A stretch of 64,000 nucleotides of DNA from Squalus acanthias (taxonomy: Eukaryota). The number at the start of each line of letters is the position of its first letter. Positions within the stretch are counted from its first letter, which is position 1. The stretch spans positions 108,192,001 through 108,256,000 of the forward strand of contig CM059431.1 of assembly GCA_030390025.1 (NCBI GenBank), written 5' to 3'. The notes under the pieces are model-generated. The model worked only from the letters and a program-made list of their open reading frames with translations, was not told where the DNA came from and did no database searches. Positions 50,448 to 63,194 of the stretch are shown one piece after another. The position numbers were made by a program, and so were the translations under genes.

Positions 50448-51183
50448 GGCCCGGATTTTGCGGTTATAATGATTGTGAAACTGTCAGCGTTCGCCGTCAT
50501 TACTGTGTAAAACTGACAGCAACTTCTGGCATCCGCACATGTGCAAATCCTGAAGTTGCTGCCAGTGATACCCTGCTCCTCCACAGGGTGCGCTGTTGCA
50601 GTCCTCGCGGATGGACTCAATTAGAAATCACTGCATTGATATGAACTTCCACTTTTTATGCTCTATTCTTGCTGTAAAAGCCCTTTAAAAAGTTAAGCCT
50701 TGTTGAATGAGGTGTAACTGAGTTTTTAAATGGCGTACTAAGCTATAATTACTGAACAACCTCTCTGGCCCTGAGAAACTAATTTTATATTGTGGAGTGT
50801 CATTTTCTCCATTCCATGATAAAAATTCCATAGATTTTTAAAATAATTAGTTTTTAGTTTTTTTTAAGTTTATAATATTTCAGCTTTTGCCTTAATCCCA
50901 TGTATACGTCCCAATCATTATTTTGCTTTCGGTAAAGTTATTAAAAAGTGAATGACAAAACCTGCTTTTTACTTCCTGGTTTGCTGTCTGTGAGAATTCC
51001 TCAATGTAATTGGCTGCTCAGCATGCTTGATGACATCACTGCTGCTGGAGGCCAGAGATCCCCCTATAGATGGCGCCAGATGGAAAGTCACATTGGGAAA
51101 GGGGAAATCAACACCACAGAACCCACTAAATCTTTGTGGGCCGCGAGAACTGTCACTTTGCTGCTGACTGCAAAATCCAGGCC
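50448..51183. mobile_element. Harbinger-type MITE, uninterrupted
   Basis: TIRs GGCCCGGATTTTGCGGT / ACTGCAAAATCCAGGCC, flanks AAT/AGT. Confidence 0.85.
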
Positions 51184-51564
51184 AGTGCCTCTGCCAAGCC
51201 AACAATTGAAACTGCAACTTCATCAGTGCATGCCACACTCTGTTACTTCTACAGGCCAAGTACAGTAACCATATCCTCATGGAAAATGTATGTGCGTGGA
51301 TATCAGAAGGCTGAAAGTCTGCTAGAGATGGTGGCGGCGGAGGGGAAATGGCTGTGTGGAAGAGAAGGGGAGGGCTTGTTCCACTGTAAGTGACAAGACG
51401 CGAGTGGCTGGGACCTCCACTTCTGAACATGTCCAGACTTGAAGGTTCGGGAAGAACCCTTCATTTCAATGCAAATGGTGGTCGCCCAATTGACTGTAGC
51501 ACATCTCAATCTCAGATGCCCACCAGCCCAGTTTCTTGCACTTCCAGCACACTCTTGCTGAACT

Positions 51565-53180
51565 TACATGCTAAACAGTAGAAACAGCATGCTATAGACA
51601 GAGCTAAGCGGTCCTACAACCAATAGATCAGATCAAAGCTCTGCAGTCCTGACACATCTAGTCGTGAATGGTGGTGGACCATTAAACAACTAACGGGAGG
51701 AGGAGGCTCCAAGAACATTCCCATCCTCAGTGATGGTGGAGCCCAGCACGTGAGTGCAAAAGACAAGGCTGAAGCGTTTGCAACCATCTTCAGCCAGAAG
51801 TGCCGAGTGGATGATTCATCTCGACCTCTTCCTGAGGTCTCCACCATCACAGAAGCCAGTCTTCAGCCAATTTGGTTCAATTACCATGATATCAAGAAAA
51901 GGCAGAATGCACTGAATAGCACAAAGGCTATGGGCCCCGACAACATCCCGGCTGTAGTGCTGAAGACTTATGATACAGAACTAGCTGCGCCTCTAGCCAA
52001 GCTGTTCCAGTACAGCTACAAACTGGCATCTACCAGACAAGGTGGAAAATTGCCCAGGTATGTCCTGTCCACAAAAAGCAGGACAAATCCAATCCGGCCA
52101 ATTACTGACCCATCAGTCTACTCTCAGTCATCAGCAAGTGATGGAAGGTGTCGTCAACAGTGCTATCAAGCTGCACTTATTCACCAATAACCTGCTCACC
52201 GATGTTCAGTTTGGGTTCCTCCAGGACCACTCAGCTCCAGACCTCATTACAGCCTTGGTCCAAACATGGACAAAAGAGCTGAATTCCAGAGGGGAGGTGA
52301 GAGTGACTGCCTTTGACATGAAGACAGTATTTGACTGAGTGTGGCATCAAGGAGCCTGCATGCAGTAAGACCTGGACGACATTCAGGCTTGGGCTGATAA
52401 ATGGCAACTAACATTTGCATCACACAAGTGCCAGGCAATGGCCATCTCCAATAAGAGAGAGTCTAACCATCGCCCCTTGACATTCAACTACATTACCATC
52501 ACTGAATCCCCCACCATCAACATCCTGGGGGTCACCATTGATCAGAAACTTAACTGGACCAGCCACATAAATACTGTGGCTACAAGAGCAGGTCAGAGGC
52601 TATGTATTCTGTGGCGAGTATCTCACCTCCTGACTCCCCAAAGTCTTTCCACCATCTACAAGGTACAAGTCAGGAGTGTGATGGCATACTCTCCACTTGC
52701 CTGGAAGAGTGCAGCTCCAACAACACTCAAGAAGCTGGACATCATCCAGGACAAAGCAGCCCGCTTGATTGGTATCCCATCCACCACCTTAAACACTCAC
52801 TCCCTCTGCCACCGGCATACTGTGGCTGCAGTGTGTACCATCTACAAGATGCACTGCAGCAACACGCCAAGGCTTCTTCAAAAGCATCTCCCAAACCCGC
52901 GACCTCTACCACCTAGGGCAAGAGCAGCAGACTCATGGGAACACCACCAACTCCAAGTCACATACCATCCTGACATGGAAATATATCACCGTTCCTTCAC
53001 AGTCATTGGGACAAAATCCTGGAACTCCTTCCATAAACAGCACTGTGGTAGGCCCTTCTCCACATGGACAGCAGCAGTTCAAGAAGGTGGCTCACCACCA
53101 CCTTCTCAGGGGCAAATAGGGATGGGCAATAAATGCTGGCCTTGTCAGCAATGCCCACATCCTGTGAATGAATAAAAGAA
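51565..53180 (+). mobile_element. tRNA-headed LINE family copy, 5'-truncated with internal deletion
   Basis: Colinear with 8085 down to 6185 (minus). It jumps at ~52355 from the VWHQGA region to ..QQDLDDIQAW, deleting the GVPQG/FADD core. Confidence 0.92.
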
Positions 53181-53189
53181 AAAATGTGC

Positions 53190-53805
53190 TGAGAGGAGGG
53201 AGGACTCATGGTCAGCAAGTGAAGATGGGATGAGGCTCGCCTATGATGCCCCCTCACCATGGAAGACTCTGTTCACACTCGGCTCATGCAAGAACAATGG
53301 CCAGTTGGGTGAGGTACCAGTTGGAGAGTGATCAACATTCATGAAACTCTACCTCAGCATGAGTCAGCGTCCTCAGGAGAGAAGGGATAGAAAAAAGTAT
53401 AGAAAGGTTATTTTAATGATTAAATCATTTTTTTTTTTAAATGGTCTGTTAGCCCAGCTTTACAGCAACAATGACTTAAATTTATTCAGCACCTTTAATG
53501 TAGCAAAACTCCCCAAGGCTCTTCACAGAAGCTTCAAATAAAATATGACACCAAGCCACATAAGATACTGGAGGAAGGTGGGGAAAATCAGCCAGAATTC
53601 CCAATCCTGATTATTCGGATCCCTGCTTCTGGAAAGTGTGCCTGGGCGTATGTTGGGAGTTTGCTCAGCTTTCATGCCCCCAACAGCTAAAATGCCTTGC
53701 AACAGTCACAGTCTAGACTGACACATGAAGCATGGCCATTTCAGTGAGACAGTAAATGAAACTGTAGCCTAGTAAGAAGCAACACCTTCAGGAGAAGAGG
53801 GGGAG
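53190..53805 (+). mobile_element. two fragments of another SINE-like repeat
   Basis: Shared motifs ATGAAG.ATGGCCA.TT and CAGGAGA.AGGG in both fragments; AAATCAGCCAG.ATTCCC also at 27251-27270. Confidence 0.5.
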
Positions 53806-55547
53806 AAAATTTGAGGAAAAAAAGTGTTTTGTTAAATATGATTTTTTTTCTTTTTTTTAGTACATTAAATTTCATTGCATGTAAAATAATATGTAAAAAC
53901 ACTCAACCATTCTTGTTTCATTGACCCAGATATGCCCATACATTAAATATAGTGCAAAAATGAGTTAAGATTTATATAGGCACAGTAGGTTATTGTATTT
54001 TACAAGGCGTGGTGATGATATCTAATGGTTATAAGATGGTCTTGTTAATCTGTATATTTCTCAACATGACTGTAGAGCTGACAATTTTGGAAACAAAAGT
54101 TCCCAACATTACATCCCCTTTAAAAAGTACAGAATATCTGCTGTGACATATCCCATCTAATGACATAAAATAAAATGCCATGTGACATTTTTTTTTATTG
54201 CTGATTTACTTGTTTAGAAAACACAAGCCTGAAGCCCAGAGCTGTGTAGGCAGCTAGAATTATCAATCAAATGGTCAAAGAATCATTGCACTAATGTTTC
54301 TCAAATGTGAACATTTATGCCTTGCACATCAGCACTTCATCACACAACATGAGCAGTGAAAGAGACAGTGCAATGCTCAGCTGGTGACATTCATTAAAGA
54401 ATTCACTACGATACAAGTATTAACTTGATTACTGGTAGAATAACTTTAAGTAACTATCGTTAAAATTTGAGAAAAAAATCTTGCGGCATCTTTACTTTTA
54501 ATAATACAAAGCTGACAAATAGGACCCATGTCTGTTGGTGTGGGAACCAACACAATGGAGTAGCCGACATGACCATTGGTCGCTGGCCCACCGCATAGGT
54601 TTTGTGAAGATAAAGTCCCATCTCCTCAATGAGGACACCTTTCATTGTGTTCTGTGGCAATCCTACTCAGCCTCCACCCAACGCCCCCATCATCATAGAT
54701 GCCCATGTACAGCCAATTCAGTTCATATAATATGACATTAACAGGATCATATGCCAAGCGGAACAAATTATGGACAGATTCAGCAGCCCAAAAATGGGCA
54801 TCCGTGAGGCACTGGGGGTCAGCAGCAGAACTGTATACCACCACAATCTGTAATCTCATGGCCCGACACATCCCTCGCTTCATCAAGTCAGAAGTCCAGA
54901 AGCGCATGCCAAGACCAGCACCAGGCATGTGTTAGAATAAGCTGCCAACCTAGTAAAGATATATCTCAGTACTATCTGCATACTAAATATAAAAAGCAGC
55001 AGGCTGTAGACAGGCCTACGCACTCCCACTAGCTCTGTAGCCCTAACATATCCAGCCAAGAATGCTGGTGGGCAATCAGGCAGCTGAGGGGAGGAGGGAG
55101 CTCCATGAACATTCCCATCCACAACCATGGTGGAGTCCAGCACTTTAATGCAAGAGGAAAACATCTTCAGCCAAAATTGCTGAGCGGACAATCCTAATCA
55201 GCCTCCACACAAGGACCTCACCATCATAGATGTCAGTGTCCAGCCAATTCAGGTTAATTTCTATGACATTTAGTGGCCGAGTTCATAGAACACAGCAAAG
55301 GCTTTGGGCCAAGACAACAACCAGGCTGTAGTGCTGAAGGCCCACACATAAGATTTAGCCTTTGTTCCCCACCCACCCACCAAGCTGCCCCAATGCAGCT
55401 ATTAAACAGGCATCTGCCCAACAATGTGGAAAATCACCTAGCTATAATCCTATTCACGAAAAACAATGACAAATCCAATCTGCTGAATTACCATCCTATC
55501 AGCTGCGTTCCCCCCACCCACCCCAACCCCAAACAAAGTAATGGAAA

Positions 55548-56350
55548 GAGGAACATAGGAACAGGAGGAGGCCATTCAGCCCCTCGAGCCTGTTCCGGCA
55601 TTCAGTGAGATCATGGCTGATCTGTATCTCAACTCCATCCATCTGCCTTGTGGATAACCTCCTTTTATACCCTGGTTTAGCTAAAAGCTATCGATCTCAG
55701 ATTTAAAATAATTAATTTGAGCTAGCATGTATTGCTTTTTGTGAAAGAGTTTCTCGGTTCTATCACCCTTTGCGTGAAGAAGTGTTTCCTAACCTAACCT
55801 GAATGGCCTGGCTCTGATTTTAAGGCTATGTCCCCTTGTCCTAGACTCCTCCACCAGTGGAAAAGTTTCTCTATCAATTCCTTTCAAAATCCTAAAAACC
55901 TCAATCAAATCACCCCTTATCCATTTATATTCCAGGGAATGCAAGCCTATAAATCTCTCCTCATGATCTAACCCTTGGAGCCCTGGTAACAGTCTGGTGA
56001 AACTGCACTGCACTCCTTCCAGGGTGCGGTGCCCAGAACTGCTCACAGTACTCCAGTTGTGGTCTAAGCAGAGCTTTGTATAGCTGCAGTAAAACTTCCT
56101 CCCTTTTATATTCTAGCCCTCTAGTTATAAAGGCTAACATTTCATTAGCCTTTTTGATTTTTTTTTTTAACCTGACTACTTTTAGTGATCAGTGTACATG
56201 GACCCCTAAATCTCTTTGGACCTCCACTGCTCCTAACTTTTTGCCATTTAAAAAAACTCAGATCTATCCTTTTTTGATCCAAAGTGGATGACCTCATTGA
56301 AATCCATCTGCCACAGTTTCGGCCAGTACCTTAATCTATCAATGTCTCTG
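55548..56350 (-). mobile_element. CR1 3' fragment
   Basis: LEGVQCSFTRLLPGL..GDLIEVFRILKG..SRTRGHSLKIR. Confidence 0.9.
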
Positions 56351-56456
56351 TAATTTTATACTCCAGTCATAGAAAGATATGAATATAATCACTAATAACC
56401 TGCTCACCAAAGCTCTATTCAGATTTAGCTAAAGCCACTCATTTCCATACCTCATC

Positions 56457-57250
56457 ACATAGAAGCATAGAAACATAGAAGATAGGAGCAGGAGCAGGCC
56501 ATTCAGCCCCTCGAGCCTGCTCTGCCATTTAATGAGATCATGGCTGATCATCCAAAGTCAGTCCCCTGTCCCTGCTTTCTCCCCATATCCCTTGATGCCT
56601 TAAGAAATATATCTATCTCCTTCTTGAATATATTTAATGAATTGGCCTCCACTGCCTTCTGTGGTAGAGAATTCCACAGGTTCACCACTCTCTAGGTGAA
56701 GAAATTCCTCCTCATCTCAGTCCTAAATGGCTTACCCCTTATCCTTAGACTGTGACCTCTGGTTCTGGACTCCCCCGCCATCGGGAACATCCTTCCTGCA
56801 TCTAGTCTGTCTAGTCCTGTTAGAATTTTATAAGTTTCAATGAGATCCCCTCTCATTCTTCTAAACTCTAGCGAGTATAAGCCTAATCGACCCAATCTCT
56901 CTTCATACGTCATTCCTGCCATCCAAGGTATCAGTCTGGTAAATCATCGCTGCACTCCCTCCATGGCAAGAACATCCTTCCTCAGATAAGGCAACCAAAA
57001 CTGCACACAATACTCAAGGTGTGGTCTCACCAAGGCCTTGTACAACTGCAGCAAGACATCCTTGCTCCTGTACTCGAATCCTCTCGCTATGAAGGCCAAC
57101 ATACCATTTGCCTTCTTAACCGCCTGCTGCACCTGCATGTTTACCTTCAGCGACTGGTGCACAAGGACTCCCAGATCTCGCTGCACTTCCCCTTTTCCCA
57201 ATCTATTGCCGTTCAGATAATAATCTGTCTTCCTGTTTTTGCCACCAATA
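56457..57250 (-). mobile_element. CR1 3' fragment
   Basis: QRDLGVLVHQSLK..LVRPHLEYCVQFW..RRNFF; (TTCTATG) tail. Confidence 0.93.
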
Positions 57251-59109
57251 CAGGCACGGACACAGGAGCTGAAGGTTTGAATATCTACCCTCAATAACAA
57301 GTCAGCATTTGACTGAACATGGCATCAAGGAGCCCTAGCAAAAAAGTGAGTTCAATGGGGGTTAAAGGGGTAGTTCTCCAATGGTTGCAGTCAGACCCGA
57401 CACACAGGAAGATGGTTGTGGTTGCCAGTGGCCAATTATAAAATCCTAGGACATCACTGCAGGAGTTCCTCAGGGCAGCGTCCTTGGCCTAACCATCTTC
57501 AGGTAGTCCATCAATGACTTTCCCTCTGTCATTAAGTCAGGAGTTGAGCTGTTTGCTAACAATTTACTGGTTCCATTCACAACTCCTCTGATAATGAAGC
57601 AGCCCACGCCAGGATACAGCACGGCTTACACAACATCAAGGATTGGGCTGATAAGAGACAGATAACATTCGTTCCACATTAGGTGGAGCAGGCAATGAGG
57701 CAATGAGCATCCCCCTTACCTTCAATGCACCATTACTGTATCTCTCATCATTTTGGGGGTAACAATTAACCAGAAGCCTAACCAGTCCAGCCATTTAAAC
57801 ACTGTGACAACAAGTACATTGAAGAGGATAGGTACGCTGCAACAAGCGGTTCATTTTTTGACTCCTTAAAGTCTCGCCACTACCCACAAAGCTCGAGTCA
57901 TGAGTACGATGGAATACTCACCACCTGTCTGAATGGGAGTAGCCACAACCACACTCGAAGCTCAACATCATCCAAGAGAGAGCAACATGTTTGATCAGTG
58001 CCTCTGCCACTGGATTCAATAACTAACCCCCACCACGGGCATATTTGGACTGCAGTATGTACTATTCATAAGATGCATTGCCCCAACTCACCAAACTTAC
58101 TTTGGCAATGCCTCCCAGATCCACAATCTCTACCACCAAGTAGGACAATAGTTGTAACATTATTGGAAGAACATCCTCTCCAAGTCACAGCAAACTGATT
58201 TGGACATATGTCACCATTCCTTTATTGTTGCTGAACCAAAATTCTGGAACTCATTATCTTGCACGAATGTGGGACTGCAGCGGTTCAAGAAGGCGGCCCA
58301 CCACCACATTGTTAGTGTATCTTGCCATGGGCAATAAATGTGGCCTTGTCAGTGTCACTCACATCCCAAGAACATAAAGAAGAAAATAGTCTTGTGAATG
58401 CCAGCCATCTATGGTATGCTGAATTTATTCTACATATGAGCCTGACCATATACAAATTGAGGATTTGTAGTGTTGTGTTATGATTGGGGCCATAAACAGA
58501 ATATTCTACAGACCGACACAAGTTATGCTTACGGATCTTCATCCTTAGCTCCCAAAATTGGCATGTTACATTTTATTATATAGATATTTACACCAACTCA
58601 TAGCACACTCGAGGAGAGAAGGATTTTGTTTCTGTGTAATGTAATGTGTAATTAAATCATTATCCTATTTTGAAAGAATGCACTTTTTAATTTTACTACA
58701 CTAAATCTTCCTCCATGGTGACCAGAATCAGCTTATCTGTGATAATCTTACCATCTGGTTACTGTATCTAGCAATATTATTTTGGCTGTAACCATGATGA
58801 ACTGAATTAAAAAACAGACCTCCACACAGTGATTAATAGACCAATTAAACCATTTCTTAGAGGCTGCCTTTGACTAGAATAACCTATAATTTTTGACATT
58901 CTTTGCCATATACATGTTGGACTATAAAGGTACATTTGATGCAGGTTTAATAAGTCACTCTGTTAGAAAAATGCACCTTCACGAATACATGTTGTGCCCC
59001 ATATGAACTTGCTGTGTGTTATTCACAACTATGCAATTATAGAGGATTTTTTAAGATTTTAAATCAATGCACAATTTTTAAAACAATCTAAAATAATCAT
59101 ATTATATTG

Positions 59110-60381
59110 TGAAGGAATAAGCCATATTCAGAAAAATACACCATTCTATGAAAGAATTCTGGCCTTTGTAACATGACAAACTGGACTTGAGAATCTAAAA
59201 ACCTAACAATGGAGAAGCTGTAAACAGCATACAGGCTATTGAGATAAGATAAGTTGTTGACACTGAATCAATAACCCTATTGAAACAGGCGGTTGGAAGC
59301 TCCTGAAGTCTGAAGCCTTGGAAAGAACACAATGGTACACCCTGTTAAGGTGTCTTAAAATACACTTTGGAAAGAAACACAGAAAATTAAGAAAAATATG
59401 CCTTCGTAAAAATGACATCAAATGAAACACAGGAGACACGATTCTGTGTTGCAAACAGCTGAGGTAACCAAGAAGACAATGGTGTACCCGATTGAGGTGT
59501 TTTTAATTTACACGTCGTAAAAAGACACAAACAGAAGACCTTGATAAGAATGACATCAAATAGATGCATCGGCTGTCACACCGTTTCTATGATAAGCTTC
59601 GAACACCTAAAGGTAGAGACACGATTCTTAATGCTACCAGCTGAACTGACTAAGAACAGCAGGGGTCAGCAGAAAAATGACTAGAGATAATTAGCTTACA
59701 TCAGCAGAAAACTTCAAAGGACATACCACTGAAAAAGGATATAAATATTGAACTTTCAAATGGAAAGATAGATTCACTGTAAAGGGGCAAAGCGATTCTC
59801 AGCTTCAGAGGCAAGCTCTGTAAGTCTGCAACTTTTTATACCTCGGGGAGCAAGGTATTGTACTGTATTTGATTTTGGTGGATATTCTGGAATAAACTAA
59901 GAACTGTAAAACTAGTGAAGTTAAGATTTGAAAATAAGGATCTCTGATAATAGAATTGTAAGATTTCTGTTTTTGGAACTGTTAATGTTGCGATTGAATC
60001 ACCAACTGTAATTACATGTCGGTTCTTTCATAAATCTATGTATTTTTAGAATTGTCTCACATAATACTTCTGTATCAAACTTGCAAACTCAATCTCTGTA
60101 CGCTCTTTGGTGAGGAGTTGCAGAATTCTGGGGGAGTTTTCCGGACCCTCATAATATCCGGAACGTTACAGTCTAGCTAAACTTATTAAAAGTGCTTTCT
60201 GGAGGACGGAAACATCTTCAGGTTGTTCCTTTCCTTTAGGGAGAGATAGTCTGGACCTTTAGACCCAATTCAGCGTGTTTAGGATTTGGCTATCTCAAAC
60301 TTTAGTTGAAAGTGAACGTCTGGGGGATACGCCTGATCTTGGGTAGCCCTAAAGGGGCTAGGACTAATAATTATCCCTTCA
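59110..60381 (+). mobile_element. solo LTR (1272 bp) of an LTR retrotransposon or ERV
   Basis: Starts TGAAGGAATAA and ends TTATCCCTTCA (10/11 inverted match, TG..CA). Flanks ATATTG / GTATTG. TATA-like GATATAAATA at ~59738 and AATAAA at ~59891. Confidence 0.75.
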
Positions 60382-60403
60382 GTATTGTCTAGTTGATTAA
60401 AAG

Positions 60404-60852
60404 GCTTAGTCAGTATGAGAACCTCTGAATGAGAAGGTTCAAGTCCCACTCCAGAGATTTGAGCACATAAATCTAGGCTGACACTCCAGTGCAGTGCTGA
60501 GGGAGTGCTACATTATCGGAGGTGCCGTCTTTCGGATGAGACATTAAACCGAGGCACCGTCTGCTCTCAGGTGGACATAAAAGATCCCATGGCTCTATTT
60601 TGAAGAAGAGTAGGGGAGTTATCCCCAGTGTCCTGGCCAATATTTATCCCTCAATCAACATCACAAAAAAATCAGATTATCTGCTCATTAACATATTGCA
60701 GTTTGTGGGAGCTTGCTCTGCGTAAATTGGCTGCCGCATTTCCCACATTACAACAGTGACTATACTTCAAAAGTACTTCATTGGCTGTAAAGCACTTTGG
60801 GACATCCCGAGGTCGTGAAAGGCGCTATAGAAATGCATGTCTTTATTTTTTT
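60404..60852 (+). mobile_element. Deu-domain tRNA SINE (SacSINE1-like), degraded box A
   Basis: GGTTCAAGTCCCACTCCAGAG..GGTGCCGTCTTTCGGATGAGAC.TTAAACCGAGGC followed by the tail. Confidence 0.9.
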
Positions 60853-61189
60853 AAATAATGAAATTGATTTAAATAAAAATGACTCTGTATCTACCTATTT
60901 TCCTTCTATATATTAAGCCACCTCCATACATACAGATACTTTATGTAGAAATAGAATGGTAAACAATTTTTCCACTTACACAAGCAGAGCCTGGGCACAG
61001 AAAAATAAAAATATATTTGCTTAACATGTTTTCATAGGAAAGGCAAGCAATTTGTACTCATGTTTGCATAGAAGAAAAAAAACAAAGATTAGGGCAATGT
61101 CATCACTGGCTGTTCCTGTTTCTTTAAAAAAAATTCTACGCACTGCCTAATGTACAATTTAGCGAGGAGGCATACTACAAAGATTATCC

Positions 61190-61871
61190 ACCAGGACAGA
61201 CTCTAAGTGAAATGGCATGTCATCCACAGTAGCACTTAAGCTGTCTCAGTATTCCCATAGGACTCCAGCCAGTTTATGGAGTAGTGTAGACAGCATATTG
61301 ATATAATGTACTAATTTTACTTGGCTAACTGTTGACAGCAAACTTGGCTTCTGTAATACAAGGATGAAGTGTCCCAAATTATCGAATGTACTTACAGAAC
61401 CAAAAAACATTTTTGATGTTCTGAGCAATCAAGACTCTCCCATCTTCAGCTGTCTCAGACATGGGCTGAAAAGTTTAAGGGGACAGCTTCTGAGCCATTG
61501 TTTGATATGTTCTTTTGTGTTTTGTAGGTGCATCAAGGGATGACCTTACAGTAGGGAGCTTTGGAAGGATCCTTTAACTTAGGTGATGTCTTCAGCTTTT
61601 TCTTTCCCCAGTAGTGCTGAATGTTCAAAGGTCCAGCTTTAGCAGAGTTTATCCCTTCTCCTTTCTCTTCATCTTCACATTTCTCCTCAGACACAATGAC
61701 AGCAGGATTCTGCAAAATCAAACTAGAGTGGAAACGTTCTGATTTTGGAGAGGGCAAACTAAATTGATACTGGGATCTGGACTCCTGAGCTACGAGGAAA
61801 GATGAAGGAAGCTGGTGATGTTTAGAAGGCAAAAAAGAAGCATCAGGGGATACCCTAGGCATAGTTTTCAA
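61190..61871 (-). pseudogene. possible DIRS ORF1 (gag/LAP2-alpha-like) fossil
   Basis: FDNLGHFILVLQKPSLLSTVSQVKLVHYINMLSTLLHKL has the spacing of the remembered DIRS ORF1 motif LD..GRK......L......Q..L..Y...L...L.K. It is preceded by SLDAPTKHKRTY and an S/P/E-rich ORF (61533..61871). Confidence 0.35.
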
Positions 61872-62298
61872 GATTCAGTCAGTTATAGACTAACTCACTG
61901 TTTGATTGTATGATCGAGATCAGGAAGGTCCCACGTTTTATCTTTGGTACATGCAGAGTTAGCTGACTTCACGATGCCTCTGGAATAGGGAGTGGACAAT
62001 CAGCCAGGGCTCCTAATGTGGATTGCTGTCCAATGATCAGGTTTAGAATGTGTGCCTGTGTGAATGTTAAAAAATGAGAAGTCGCACAACACCAGGTTAT
62101 AGTCCAACAGATTTGAATGTTGGCTGAGGACAGGAAAAGACTCAGCTGTGAGAGCCTGCCAACACTCAAAATATAGGCTCATACCTGAAGAATGATAAAT
62201 TGGACAAGATATCGGGGAGCTCCAGAGAACTGTACCTCAAGTGTACCACTTTCAGGAGTAGAGGAAAGAATGTGGGGAAAATGGTCCTAAAACCCAAG

Positions 62299-63194
62299 GG
62301 GGGAAAAATTAGGTCGCGCCCCATTTGGGGCGCAAATATCATTTGGACGCAAATATTAGCGCCTGCCGCTAATTCATCGGCACTGACTGGAAACTTCACT
62401 TTTACCGCCCCGGGAGGTGATTGCAGCGCTAAATCAGGCGCTGCACACCTGTCTTAAGGCGCAAAGGCCAAGGAGTGAGGCGCTACCTCAGAGCGCTGGC
62501 GAAGCTCATGTAATGTCAGTCAGCAATGGAACACACACACAATGGCACGGGCCAGTTCTTAAAGGGGATGGTTAATCTTGCTTTCCATCCACATCCTGTT
62601 CATTGCAGCCTTGAATCTCGGCCTGGAGAGACTTGCACATCAAATGTGCTGGAAAGAACAATGGAGAGTACCAGGCAAAGAGCTCAGAGTGCAGCTCCCA
62701 CAGTCTCTGCTAAATCGATACAAGGAATGGCAAATCAAAATGAACCTGCAAAGTGCTGCTCAGTACCCAAAACTCCTTCACACAACGTTGAATCTCTCCA
62801 GAAGTCTCTCCCTCTCTCTCTCAGAATGCGTAGTTCAAAAATGCCACCAACAATAAAAGACAGGAAGAGGCCCCCTTTAAATAGCGCCCCCCCCCCAGCC
62901 CCACAGCGATTGATAGCGTTCCAGTCTTCTGGTCGTTGGATGCGCCAGGCGGTAAGGCAGGGGGTGCCACTCAATTTCCGCTCCGGGGCGCCACAAGGGC
63001 GTTGCACCATGGAATGACGTCACAATCTGTGCGCGCAGGTGGTCGCAGCGGTAAAGTTTAGCGCCGCCGCACAATCTCTAGTTAAGTTCCCGAGCGGTGC
63101 AAACATCGCTGCGCCCGGGCGTTAGCGGCTTTGCGTCCCATTAGCGCCCTCTTAAGGCGCTAACGGGAGGCGCAACCAACTGAATTTTTACCCC
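62299..63194. mobile_element. GC-rich Harbinger-type MITE
   Basis: TIRs GGGGGAAAAATT..GGTCGCGCC / GGCGCAACC..AATTTTTACCCC; exact 3 bp TSD AAG/AAG. Confidence 0.85.

Larger units (their letters stand above)
54560..58378 (+). mobile_element. older copy of the same LINE family, broken into three parts (54560-55505, 56390-56460, 57270-58378) by two CR1 insertions
   Basis: AAQKWASVRHWGSAAELYTTTICNLMARHIP, then RT GVPQGSVLG and the tail GGACTGCAGCGGTTCAAGAAGGCGG, all colinear. Confidence 0.8.

Noticed and set aside
52438..53175. 245 aa ORF as a functional gene
   Set aside because: C-terminal part of a LINE ORF in a copy whose RT core is deleted.
15080..61871. DIRS ORF1 (61 kb) and YR (15 kb) fossils as one element stretched by insertions
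   Set aside because: Strand and order are compatible, but I could not trace an intervening minus-strand RT, and 44 kb of separation is more simply two insertions.
62299..63194. CpG island promoter and ORFs 62526..63017 etc.
   Set aside because: The CpG-rich sequence is bounded by TIRs and a TSD, so it is a MITE; the ORFs show no recognisable domain.
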